A stretch of 63,795 nt of DNA, the filler included, from Vezdaea acicularis (lineage: Eukaryota), in the NCBI GenBank assembly GCA_026025075.1. It is 3 parts of 3 records of this genome, joined end to end, with 100 filler letters (N's around TTAATTAATTAA, not from the genome) between each part and the next. Parts side by side here need not be neighbours in the genome. Positions count along the whole stretch, not along the records: positions 1 to 23,381 come from JAPEUI010000186.1; 2 more parts are not named here. One strand, given 5' to 3'. Within the stretch, counting starts at the first letter, position 1, and the number at the start of each line of letters is the position of its first letter. This document shows positions 1-11,065 of the stretch, in pieces. The notes beneath the pieces were generated by a model, which had not been told where the DNA came from, did no database searches, and worked only from the letters and a program-made list of their open reading frames with translations. The position numbers were made by a program, and so were the translations under genes.

Positions 1-341
1 TCTACCCAATTGACGCCTATGACCGCAGTAGGATGTGTATTCCGGCGTAGAATAGCTTGTGCTTTAGCCCTTATAAGGTCCTTGCGTGCCGGCACTCCTT
101 TGTCTTCCATCTCTGTGCAATATTTGACTAGGTATGCCTCCTGAGCTGGGGTCAAGTTCTGCTTAGAGGCATGTGCTTCTGCATATGATTTGCGGCCCAG
201 TATAGCACGGTCATACAGGGTACGATAAGGTATGGCATACCGCTTAGCGGCTTGAGCAACGGATGTGTGGTTGCCCTGCTGTATAGCTTTCAATGCAGCT
301 TGTATAAGGGCTTCTTGGTTAGGTGGGGAAGAGTCAGCCAT
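1..341 (-). mobile_element. pogo/Fot1-family DNA transposase, 5' part (HTH-psq + CENP-B-type HTH); the ORF runs off the left window edge
   Basis: ATG at 341-339 opens a stop-free frame to the window edge: MADSSPPNQEALIQAALKAIQQGNHTSVAQAAKRYAIPYRTLYDRAILGRKSYAEAHASKQNLTPAQEAYLVKYCTEMEDKGVPARKDLIRAKAQAILRRNTHPTAVIGVNWV. The motifs S.R/A.AA..Y.IP..TL.DR, LT..QE..L and G.NW are typical of fungal pogo transposases. Confidence 0.85.
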
Positions 342-922
342 TCCGCGTCTTGGGACACTCATAATGCGTGGAAACTTGTGAACGAAATGGGGAAATCATT
401 TATCTATGTACCCTACAGCTACACCGCAAGTTTAGGCGCCTGCATATGCACGCTCGTTGACTTGAATGGGGTCAATGGGGCGCTATCGCGGGGCCGGAAA
501 CCCCATATTCGGCAGAAAAAGGCTAAGCGATATGGCGGTGAATAGCGAGCAGGCGGTCAAGACGTCTAGCGTCATTGTTGATATAAGCGCATCTAACGGG
601 AAGAGGATGACTGCAACAATTTTGACGTTCCCAAATGCCTCTCGTGCTTGATTGGTATCTCACAGTGCACGAAGTAATAGCCCGAGTTCATGTTGACCCC
701 TTTGCCTCTCTTCGCTCCGCGTAAATTTGACGAGTTGCGCATTAGTCCGCACTCACCACTCGAGATCTCTGAGATTCCGATTTTTTAGTCATATGGATAC
801 ACCTACTGACTAACTTACTGTTTGATTATGATCTGTTGTCTGTTGTCTGCTGCCATTACCTTTGGTGTTGCAATCCTGCGTTGAGACTACAGTAGTCAGT
901 TGCCTTCCAAAACACAGACGTA

Positions 923-1002
923 CAGTGGGGGGGCAGAAGTCTGGATACACCTTGGCCTCGCTTCACGTGCCGAAGTGTATTCAAACTTCTGCCCTCCCAC
1001 TG
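923..1002. mobile_element. 80-bp Tc1/impala (mimp-like) MITE with TA target-site duplication
   Basis: TA(921-922)-CAGTGGGGGGGCAGAAGTCTGGATACAC ... GTGTATTCAAACTTCTGCCCTCCCACTG-TA(1003-1004): 28-bp TIRs with 3 mismatches and a 24-bp spacer. Confidence 0.85.
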
Positions 1003-1195
1003 TATGCTTCGCTACCCCACGGTTATGCAAATGTTAAGCGAAAATCCGGGGTAGTGCGGTAGGCACGGTAGGCTACCCCAAATCCAGCCCGGACGTACGC
1101 GGAGCTTAGTGATAAGCTGTTCCGCAAGCTTTTGACCCCAAGGTGATGCATCAACAAGCATAGCAGCCTAACGACTTAATCATAACTTCGAAAAC

Positions 1196-2070
1196 ATGGC
1201 TGAACTAAGTGAAGTTAACCGCAAGCACTTTGAGTAAGCAGCCTTATTCTAGAATTTAGCAACCAATCGGCTTAATGGAGGCATGTAGCGCTCACGCATC
1301 AGCGTATGATGCATCACCTTGGGTACAAAAGCTTGCGGAGCAGCTCACCGACGAGCTTCACGCACGTCTGGGCTGGATTGGTGTAGACTGGGTTGATGAA
1401 GATTTGAACGATGGCAAAGAAAAAATGGATGCCTTGGGGACAAAACGGGAGATCAAAATGCTTGATTATGCCTGTGGACCTGGGATGATGTCTCGAGTAA
1501 GTTTGAAGAGCTCATGGCACGAAGCGGTAGAATCATCAATGACCTTACGACTTTAAGGCTTTGGCGCCTTATACTACAAGGATTGTTGGAATCGATGTTT
1601 CCCAGGGAATGGTCGACGTCTACAATAAGGGAGCTCACAACCAAGGTTTGACTATTGACGAAATGCATGCCGTTCAGGGGAACCTACTCTCTACACCACC
1701 GTCTCCGGATCTCATTGAACCATACGAGGCCTTCGATCTTGCTTGCGTGGGCATGGGATTTCACCATTTTGAAGATACAGACCTCGCTGCGAAACGCCTT
1801 GTCGAAAGGCTCAAGAAGGGCGCAGGTAGGCTACTCATACTGGACTTCTTACCTCATGAACCTGTAGATATGGGTGAAACGCCAGCATCACAAGACGTAA
1901 AAAGTACAGTCATGCATATGGGATTCGCAGAGGGGGCGATGCGAAAGTTGTTCAGTGACGCTGGATGTGTCGATATCAAATTCGAAGTCCTAGGCACTGG
2001 TCTGACGCACGGCATGCAGGGCGAGAAAATGAGCAGAAGTATCTTCATCTGTGTTGGAACCAGAGCATAA
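1196..2070 (+). CDS. Class I SAM-dependent methyltransferase; exons 1196-1233, 1289-1496, 1558-2070
   Basis: Motif I LDYACGPG, GIDVSQGMV, FDL..VGMGFHH and G.LLILD. Two GT-AG introns restore the frame. Confidence 0.85.
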
Positions 2071-2095
2071 GCCGCCAAGTCCGGTAGTATTTCAG

Positions 2096-3110
2096 TCATA
2101 TTGGCATGATATGTAGCGTATCTAACGCCGTGATGTCAGCCATCTCTCTATTTTCTTTAATTGATTCCTTGCTTTTCTTCAAGCCTTCTTCTCTTTTTCT
2201 GATGTTCCGCGCGTGCTTTGTCTCCCAGGAAAGGTGGCCATCCTTTTCTGAGTTTTCATGCTTAGTACACAAATCGAGTAGACTCTTCCTGAACTTCTCG
2301 ACTCTCCGGTAGTTCTCTTTGAAGCGGTCGTTCGCAATGGCTACGAGTGTACGCAAGTATTCCTCGGTGACTAAGCTTACTACAGCGCCACTTGTATCAA
2401 CATAGCCAATGATACAATCAAGCGCAAGAGCTATCGAGCGTACGCCAACTATCGGTGTCACTCCATGTGATTTAGATCCAGAGACGTTAATTGCCCCACT
2501 CTCTCGGAATCCAGCCTCAAGGGCGGCTGAAATCACAAGCTGTGCTTTTGCGGAGGACGCAGCTGAGACGTGAAGTATCTGCGAATGTTAGAAGGCCAGA
2601 GAAGAACTCCATCCTTGTGCTCACCATTGGTTCGAATTTGAAGTGTACGAATCTGTACTCGCCAGAAGCCCCCAGCCCAGCACTCGGACTTTCTTGAAGA
2701 CCGAAGAGAGAAGTTAAAGAAATATGCTCTGGCAAATCTTCACCTTGATTTGATAGGCTAAGTGGCTCATGAGAAATGTAAAGCCAATTTCCCCCTCCCC
2801 CCTTCCCACCGAAGGTTGCTTTTTGCTGCCGAAAAGGGTAAATGGCAGAATCACCAGGGCTCTCCAAGGAAATGCAGTCGATAACTTCATCGTTCTTTTG
2901 TCCCTCCAGGAATACACTGACGCGTCCGGCGCAGCTGCTTGTAGTCACTAAACCTGTCCGCGTATTGATCTCCTTTATCAGGTCACGAATACCCTCATCA
3001 ATAGATCCTTTGGGTGAAAGGTCGTTATACTCATTTTTTGGTACAGAAAGCTGTTCAAGTATTTTTCGCTTCTTCTGATCAAAACTGGAGGAAGCATGAC
3101 CCTGCGACAT
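2096..3110 (-). CDS. TYW3: tRNA wybutosine-synthesizing protein 3; exons 3110-2625, 2578-2096
   Basis: DLSPKGSIDE, VTTSSCAGRVSVF, KFEPM/ILHV, AGFRESG and VGVRS motifs; 46-nt intron GTGAGC...CTAAC...CAG. Confidence 0.93.
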
Positions 3111-3791
3111 TGCTGCATTTCAAAACGTCTCCAGATCGTCCCACGTTGTTAGTGACACCAATGTGGAACTAGCTAGCGGATCATATCTTGACTGATTAGA
3201 TTAGATTAGATCCGTATTAAGCGAAGTACTTTGCAGGGGGTTAAACATGAGACAATGGAAGACCTTAAATGTAGGCACGGGGTAATTGAGCTCTTGACAA
3301 CCCTCATGACCTTTAAAAGCCCAAAGTCCCACTCCAGTAACGCTATCACATTTTCTGAAGGATTGAGATCTATCTCGCAGCCAAAGGTCCTGTTCCTCAA
3401 GACTGGTAGCTCGGTTCATTTCGCCTGGCACTGGGAGGCTCCACTTTATGGCCCACGAAACATTTTTGATCCTGTGCACTCCTGAGCTATCATATATGAT
3501 CCTTGATGGGTCACTACACTTGTTCTGAGCTTTAATGTGGATCTCGTAAATGTATGCTATGATACCAAGCACTCCTAGCCTTCCTTACCTTGAGCTAAGT
3601 ACCATCTAGATTTTAGGCGCTCCGTAGGTCGAGCCATCGTTATTGGAGAACCTAAAAACTGAAAACTCTTGTTGAGTCAACTCTACTAGCATATCCAAAT
3701 CTTCAAACACCCGAAATATTGAGAGGATTCTTGTTGGAAGAAGAACAACTGCGCGCGGAGGCACACCACAACATTTGCTCTATCGCCGAGA

Positions 3792-5431
3792 ATGTCTTCT
3801 CAGGATGATTTAGGTCCAACAGGTTCAGCGCTAGTAGATGAAAAAGGCGGCCTTCCTGCAGATAGTATGGGAGCGCTGGTGAGTAATTGAAAATCGATGA
3901 CTGCTATTGGCCGCAGCTACACATATTAGGGCTGACAGACATGCAGGCAGCTTCGATATTTGACGACATTTTACAGAACATAATTCACGACATAGTACTC
4001 AATGCGCATCGGGAAGAGAAAACTGCTCGCATGCGCTCAGCAGTGATAATGGCAGAGGAAGCTGCGAAAATCCAGCAGTCCAGCACGTTGATTCCGAAAG
4101 ATAACCCCAAGCAAAATACTCCTTCCAACACCAAACATATTAAATCTCCCAGTAGCATCACCTTAACAGGATTAATCTACGAGAATGGTAAAGTGTTGCT
4201 CAGGGGCAATCCTCTAGAAACTATAAAAGAGACTATTTGTGCTCGCTGCCGACTACCTCGGATGAATTCTCCAATTACTGGAAAAGGCTCAAAATCAGCG
4301 GACCTGACCAAACCCTATTGTAAATTACATCCTTACATCGACAAGCCAGGCCACGATATCTGGGGCAATCCATTCCCTTCCGACAGCGTGAGCGCCGCGA
4401 AGATAAAGAAGGAAAAGAAGGAGCGAGAGGCCAAAGCCGCTGCAAATGCGCAGGCTCAAGCTGAACGAGCAAGCACACCTTCCAGTCAGGACAAATTGAA
4501 AGGCCTGACGCCCCCAAGCAACGAGGCCAAACATCCGACTGTCACATCTTTTCCCAACGTCCAATGCAACAATTGCTCTCGCCAGATCATCATTACACGT
4601 TTTGCAAAACATCTCGAGCAATGCATAGGCATCGCAGGCCGTCAAAGCAGCAGGAACGCAATGGTAAAGCTTGGTGCAAGTCAGAATGGTAGCAGCACGC
4701 CTTACGGCAGCCGCCCAAGTACACCACTACCAGGAATGAGGGTCAGCCCAAGCAAGAAGGGTAGGGAAGACGAGGACGATGAAGATGATGATGCTGACGG
4801 TTCGAAGAGGAAAAAGAAGAAACCAATGATGAAGAAGCCAATCGACAAGATCGGAAAGGTCAAACCTGTCTCAAAGACGAGAGACCCCAAGGCTACTTCG
4901 TTTACACTTTTAGAGACGGCAAAGTCAAAGCCTCCCTCATCAATTGGTGATGCTACCAAACGACCTCCTGGCAGTATCAGAGAAACTGTCGAAGTTCTCA
5001 AACCTAACGCAAAGGGTCTCGAAAGGAGTCCTCCGAAAGGAAATGCTGATTCCACACCCGGACATTCGCCAGCTACGCCATCCAATAAGATCAAGGATGG
5101 TTTGCCAACTAGCAGTTCTAAGACATCGAATGGCAACGCTTCGCTTGTAAAAAGCTTCAATGGATTAAAGAAGAATACCAGCCCTCCTAAAACACAGCAA
5201 ACCCTACATGATCCAAAGATCCCCGGAAAGCCTATAGTATCGACAGAAAGATCTGTTAGTGGCTTACCGAAAAAACCAATCAGCTCAAGGGATCCTAGCG
5301 GCTCTTTCAAGAAGCGGAAGCGCGAGGAACAGGAGAATGGAGATGCTGCCATTACGAAGGATAAAGAAATTTACCAGAAGAAAAAGCCAAAATACCAGGT
5401 GGACGGAAATAGACAGGCTGCGGGGGAGTAG
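3792..5431 (+). CDS. SGF11: SAGA deubiquitinase module subunit Sgf11-like; exons 3792-3878, 3947-5431
   Basis: N-terminal helix IFDDILQNIIHDIV and Sgf11 zinc finger CNNCSRQIIITRFAKHLEQCIG, followed by a basic low-complexity tail. Intron GTGAGT...GCTGAC...CAG. Confidence 0.8.
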
Positions 5432-6025
5432 GAGATCGGACAGTTTTCTCCCATATTAGCGGCATTGGCGAGGCGTATCTGCGTGTTAATTACGTTTGTG
5501 CTTTACAATTCTGCATGCAGAGGGCGTTGGGTGAATATTGAGAGGCGCCATCTCCATAGCATAAGAGACGCGTTATCGAAGTCTTCCACAAAGGCTGTAG
5601 CAGGGCTCAGGGGCTTAGAAGTACAAAGATTAAGTGGAGTATATGCTGGCTTGCAACATCACATAGGCATAATCAAAGGCATATTAACCGTCTTCTACTA
5701 TGTACTAACCCTTCTACTGTATACTGACCTGTCTCCTGAGAGGATTTGTGGATTTGATAGGGGGTAAAAGCTACAGGGACAACGTGTCAGAAATCTGGCA
5801 TGTGTCCCTGCGTGAAAGGCGAGTGTCGGTCACATTTTGACGACCCTTCTCATTATTGTGACGGGTGATGGTTTCAAGCCAAACCGTAAGACTATTTAGC
5901 CCATTAGTTCCGAATCCGGCCAATCACAATAAGGTCCCAACCCGAGGTTCAAACCACGCCCAACCAGCAACAACACCCCAACGCCGTCTCATATACACTC
6001 CAACCTTTTCCCGCCCTCTAAAATC

Positions 6026-6973
6026 ATGAGCGCATCAGTGTTCACATCCCTCTTCAAGCACTCATCCGCTACCGCCCCCGCCCCAACAACCACTCCCCAG
6101 CCCGCCACAATCCCATCGGCACCCCCACCACTCCCTCCAAATGTCCGCATAGCCCCCATAACCAACCAGACCCACCTCCACTCCTTCCGCCGCATCAACA
6201 GCCTCCTCCTCCCCATCCGCTACCCCGACGCCTTCTACACCAGCATCCTCACCGAGCCCGCCAGCGCGTCCCTCACGTACGTCGCGCTGCGGGATGATGC
6301 TCCCAGGCGCAAGCGCAAACGAGATGATACTAAAGAGGCAGATAAAGAGGACACGTCGAGGGAGAGAGGGCAAAGAGAGGAAAATGCAGATGGCCGGAAA
6401 GACGCGGCGGTAGAGGGAACGGGAGAGGAAGCGGCGGAGGGAAAGGTCATCGGCGGGATTCGTGCGAGGTTGGAACCGCATCTTTCTCCTATACCAGGCT
6501 TGCCGCTATCGATCAATTCTACAACAGAGCCTCTCAGCAGCAACGGCACGTCCACCACCTACCCTGATTCATCTAGCGACGGCGCCACCAACCGTCCACC
6601 CCCACCACCACTACAACAACAACGCCTCTACATCCAAACAATCTCCCTCCTCTCCCCCTACCGCTCCCTAGGAATCGGAACCGCCCTCCTCCAATCCATT
6701 GTCCAACCCGCTGTACGCGACCATGGGATCTCGTTGGTGTACGCGCATGTCTGGGAGGCGAACGTCGATGCGGTGGAGTGGTACCGCAAGAAGGGCTTTC
6801 AGGTCGGGGAGCTGGTCGAGGGGTATTATCGCAAACTGAGGCCCGGCGGGGCGAGAGTCGTGTGGAGAGAGGTGGGGATTGTGGAGAGATTGGAGGCGGA
6901 GGGAAAGGGAGGGATGTGGGAGGAGAGGGAGGGGAATGGGGAGGGAAGAGTCAAGGACGAGAAGGGGGGCTAG
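6026..6973 (+). CDS. GNAT N-acetyltransferase, Nat5/Naa50-like
   Basis: LLPIRYPDAFY, YIQTISLLSPYRSLGIGTALL (acetyl-CoA loop), YAHVWEANVDAVEWYRKKGF and YYRKL. Confidence 0.82.
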   Translation: MSASVFTSLFKHSSATAPAPTTTPQPATIPSAPPPLPPNVRIAPITNQTHLHSFRRINSLLLPIRYPDAFYTSILTEPASASLTYVALRDDAPRRKRKRDDTKEADKEDTSRERGQREENADGRKDAAVEGTGEEAAEGKVIGGIRARLEPHLSPIPGLPLSINSTTEPLSSNGTSTTYPDSSSDGATNRPPPPPLQQQRLYIQTISLLSPYRSLGIGTALLQSIVQPAVRDHGISLVYAHVWEANVDAVEWYRKKGFQVGELVEGYYRKLRPGGARVVWREVGIVERLEAEGKGGMWEEREGNGEGRVKDEKGG

Positions 6974-7233
6974 ATGTGAAGTGGTGAACCAAAGCCATCC
7001 TCTGGGTTGGGTCGGCGTTCTGGATTATTTGATACCCGTCGTTACATGGCGAAAGCACGAACACAGCGAGAGAATCGTTATTATTAATAAGATAATGCAC
7101 CAAACCGCTGTCCGCAAATTGATAAATCCAACGCTCACAAGTCCATGCAAACATGATTTACGAATGTTCTTAGATGGCCTCCCACAACCCCTGAGTGCCA
7201 TTCATATCCTATCACTGTGACTGGAGGTTAATC

Positions 7234-8986
7234 CTAGCCAGGAGACCGAACCCCTTTACCAGCTACAAGAGCTATCAATGCAGCACCAACTCCACTCCCG
7301 TCCTTCGCAATTCCAATTCTGATCCTTTTTTCGCCGACAGGACCTATCTCTGGGATATCTCTTAGGGCCTCGCGTATGTAATCCTCAAAGCCAGGATAGT
7401 ATTCGACCAACGAGCCATCGACACCGATGTCAATGACATCTTCCTCCGGTACGGTAGTCGCAGCAGCTTGCAGCTTCTGGGCTGTGTTCTTTGCAGCTTC
7501 GACCATATCGAGGTTCTTGAGGTTCTCGGCAATGGTGGCACTTGGCTTGGTTGGTGGCGAGGAGGTACGCTCAAGACGACCAGAGTTGATTACGATGGCG
7601 CCGATGGCGACAGCGCCAAGACGAGCGCTACGCTTTCCAATTGCTGCAACGATCTCTTTGACTGCTTGAGCGTCTTCTTCACTAGAAGCGTGGACGCCAA
7701 GGTCCTTCTCAAGAGTTTGACGAGAGACGCGGAGGCCAGCGCTAGTGTCCGCTTGTAGAATACTAAGGAAGCTCGTATCCAGCCCCCATTGTTTGTAGAG
7801 CGCAGAGTCTTCCGCGATTACCGTCGTCGAGTGGAGATCATTGCTTGCTGAGCTCTCGTCGGCAAATAAACGGACTTTGGGATTATTGACAAGGGAGACT
7901 AGTGCCCGGCGTAGGATCTCGCCCAAAAACATCCCCGAGACTCGCTTTTCGAACATTTGTATTCCAGGATTCACGCTCTCCTTGTCGAGCGCTTCATCGT
8001 ATTGGGTGTTCGGTAATACACTCATGGCATTATCGAATGAGCCCCATTCCGTATTGATTACCATCTCCCCTGTTGATTTATCATATTCTGCACCACCAGG
8101 CATCGAAGACATCTTCGTGACCTTGGAAAGATCTTCGACGTAAGCCCCGTTAGTCCCGGTACCGAAAATTGCCCCAAGCAGTGTTCCTGTCTTTCCTGGA
8201 GAGGTGTAGGACCGTGCCATTAACGTGCCTACTGTATCATTGACGAGCGCTGCCACTCTGACAGGGAGGTGTAGGGCGTCAATCTCCTGTTGTAGTAAAG
8301 CACATACATCTTTTCCAACCGCTTCATTGATGTCGAAGCCTTTGGTCCATCTAATAAGGTAGCCCTTATTGATACCAACTTGCTGAACTGGGAAACTGAA
8401 AGTAAAGCCTAGTTGAAAAATATCCTCATCTGACGTGGTGTCTCCCTCCAGTCTTCTTCTCTTGTGAGCCTCAAAATGGTCATTGTGATGGGTCTCTAGG
8501 AATAGCTGAATCTGCCTTGCCAGGAAACCAAATAGTTCATGCGCAGTCTTCGCTATCATAAGATCGCGTGGTATGGGGACTTTGGATTGTGTAAGTTTAA
8601 AGGTGGTATCTCCTTGTAGTTGTATCGAGCAAACACGGAAATTTGTTCCCCCAAGGTCGACAGCTAAGAACAGACCCTGTTATTTGATGAGTTAGGGCAT
8701 TTAGTGTTAGAGGGCATAGAGCTCTAACCTTTTCCGTACCGTTGGGCACTGCTGTTACGTATGTAGGTATTTGACTCATCATCTGCCCGGACTTCTGGAG
8801 ACCCTCATCTAGACACACGGGATATCAGCATCTAAATTACAGGCCGTTAAGGTGCACATCCTATTTGCACGTGAAATTGTGCTACTAACTCATTTGTTTT
8901 AGAAACTCCTTCACCCCTCTCACAACTTCTGAAGCTGGGTAGTCAAATTCAGCGGCTACCCGCTTAGCCTCTGCCAATAAAGACAT
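7234..8986 (-). CDS. GLK1: Glucokinase (hexokinase family); exons 8986-8890, 8808-8729, 8676-7234
   Basis: MSLLAEAKRVAAEFDY start, [70 protein letters not shown] and DGSGVGAAL. Confidence 0.93.
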
Positions 8987-10359
8987 ATCGGCTATTCCGC
9001 AGGTATCAGGAGTAGTATCAAAGAGGTTGAGGTTCGGGCATACAGCGGGTGGTTCTCGTGGGCCGAAAGCTGATTGTAATACAGGAGGATAGATAGCCCG
9101 AGAGCGGCCCAGAGAATCGGAGCGGATATATTGAACAACTAAGATTATCAGGAGCAATGCAATTGAAAGAAGTTGAATTGAGCGCCGGATGCTGTGGACA
9201 GGATCCGGAGGAGGGGCAGCTTTATACACTTTGCGCTCGGAAAGATCAGGAGATGCTGGAACCGACTGTAAATCAAAGATATGGACACGAAGAGAATTAC
9301 TAGGGCTCGAAGCGCGAGAGGTTTTCGGCGACACCGTTGCTGATTGAGAAGGCTGAGGCCGAGAATGGCAGGAGAAAGAGTATCAAGCCACTAATTGGAG
9401 TGGAGCATGCGAGAACCGTAACCAGCGATTCGCACAGCCCTCGGCGTTGACTTCGGCCCTACCGTCGGTACTTGCAGATGATTGCAACGTAGGTGGTCCG
9501 CAAGGTGCTCTTAAAACATAGGAGACGATAGGCTATTCGTGCTGATGCCCAAGCAATCAGGCATTGGAGGGAAAATACCGCCTGCAGGCCGATTCAAGGC
9601 AGACCACCTGCAAATGGAGGGGTTCGAGTGCGGGGCAATTCGTTCGAGGGTCCTTCGCTGTGTCTTCGGGAGGGTCGGCCAGTAGCGTGCGTCCTTGGAT
9701 ATTCTGAGCCGGTGGCGAACGCCGGCCAGATATGTGAGGTAAAATCTGCGAACATCACAATTGTTCTATGCGAATTTTTATCTCCTCATGATTGGTAAGT
9801 TTGTTCTAATTAAGTGAAGAGAATGATCCTTCAATACAAAAACATATGAAGTCCGTCACGTAGTAATCGAATCGTTAGCATCGGGCCTCGTGATGCTAGT
9901 AAACATGTCTCTGCTCCCCTGCAACCTTAGCTTTTGTAGTTCTCAGATAGACACCAATACGAACTTAGGGTTCTTCGTAATATGTAATCCAAATTCGCCT
10001 TCAATTGACAATTTGCTACAAGAACATTGATGCCACGTCGAAGTCCCTCCCTCTTGGGCTTAAAGTGAACGGAAACCTAGTGACCAGCCGATGGCAATTG
10101 CTTAGTGAAGAGCATGTCGATATTTTCTCAAAAAATAGAGAAATACCCTATATACCCAGAAGCCTTAGATTATGAATTTACTTGACTCTACAGCGCCTTA
10201 TCCCAAGACCATCTGGTCTATTATTTAGATAATCTCAACCCACCAATCACCAGTCGGAACCTTCGCTTAGTCATCTACGCTTCCCGGAGATTCTCGCGAG
10301 TAGCTTCAACATCGAACCAAGAAAACTTTAAGAGCGCCCACCTCCACTATCGTGCCAAA

Positions 10360-11065
10360 ATGGGCGCCAACGAGTCCAAACCACAGAGCTCAGGCAAGCA
10401 GCATGTTTTCGCCAGGTAATTGCACCCCATCCGCCTTTCCTAGCCCCATTGACCCACCACCCCTCCTCCAAACGGGACCGTCTGCTTACAACGCACGCTA
10501 CCACCAGCTCAACACCGGTTCACTTCTCTAAGGAGCTCGTCGACTCTCTGCAAGGCAGTGCTGAGGTACGTAACTCCTCACCACTTTAAAATTCCTCAAA
10601 TCTTCCAATTGACCCCTAGTCCAGACAGACGGCACCCGCCAAAAAACGCTCGAACTACACATCCAATCCCGCGTCGCGGACGAACTGAAGCGCCTCGCCG
10701 CGCGCGACGCCGAGCTGCTCAAATCGCTTGAAGACAAGATCTCTGCCGAAGAATCGCCCACCTCCATCAGTAGTAGCAGCAGCAACAGCGCGGAAGCCGG
10801 GAAAGACGCCCAAGAGGCGTCCGCCCGCGCGCGAGACCTCGGCAGGGAGAGCATCCAGCGCGATGTCGACAAGCTGAAGAAGAAGCTGCAGAGCCGCCGG
10901 AAGCTGGAGGGGTTGGATGAGGGGGTGGAGCGGGCGAAGGCCGAGCTGGTGGGGTGTTTGAGGGAGAATGAGAAGAGGCCGTTGGATTGTTGGAGGGAGG
11001 TTGGGGCGTTTAAGAGGGAGGTGGGGAGGCTGGAGAGGGAATTTGTGGATAGGGCGTTAGGGTAG
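10360..11065 (+). CDS. MIC19: MICOS subunit Mic19 (DUF1690); exons 10360-10415, 10508-10565, 10625-11065
   Basis: Myristoylation-type start MGANES, PVHFSKELVDSLQ, LELHIQSRVADELKRL and C-terminal CLRENEKRPLDCWREVGAFKREV. It is missing from the ORF track because of introns. Confidence 0.88.

Noticed and set aside
3201..3572. Small ORFs between TYW3 and SGF11
   Set aside because: No motifs; they lie in a shared divergent promoter.
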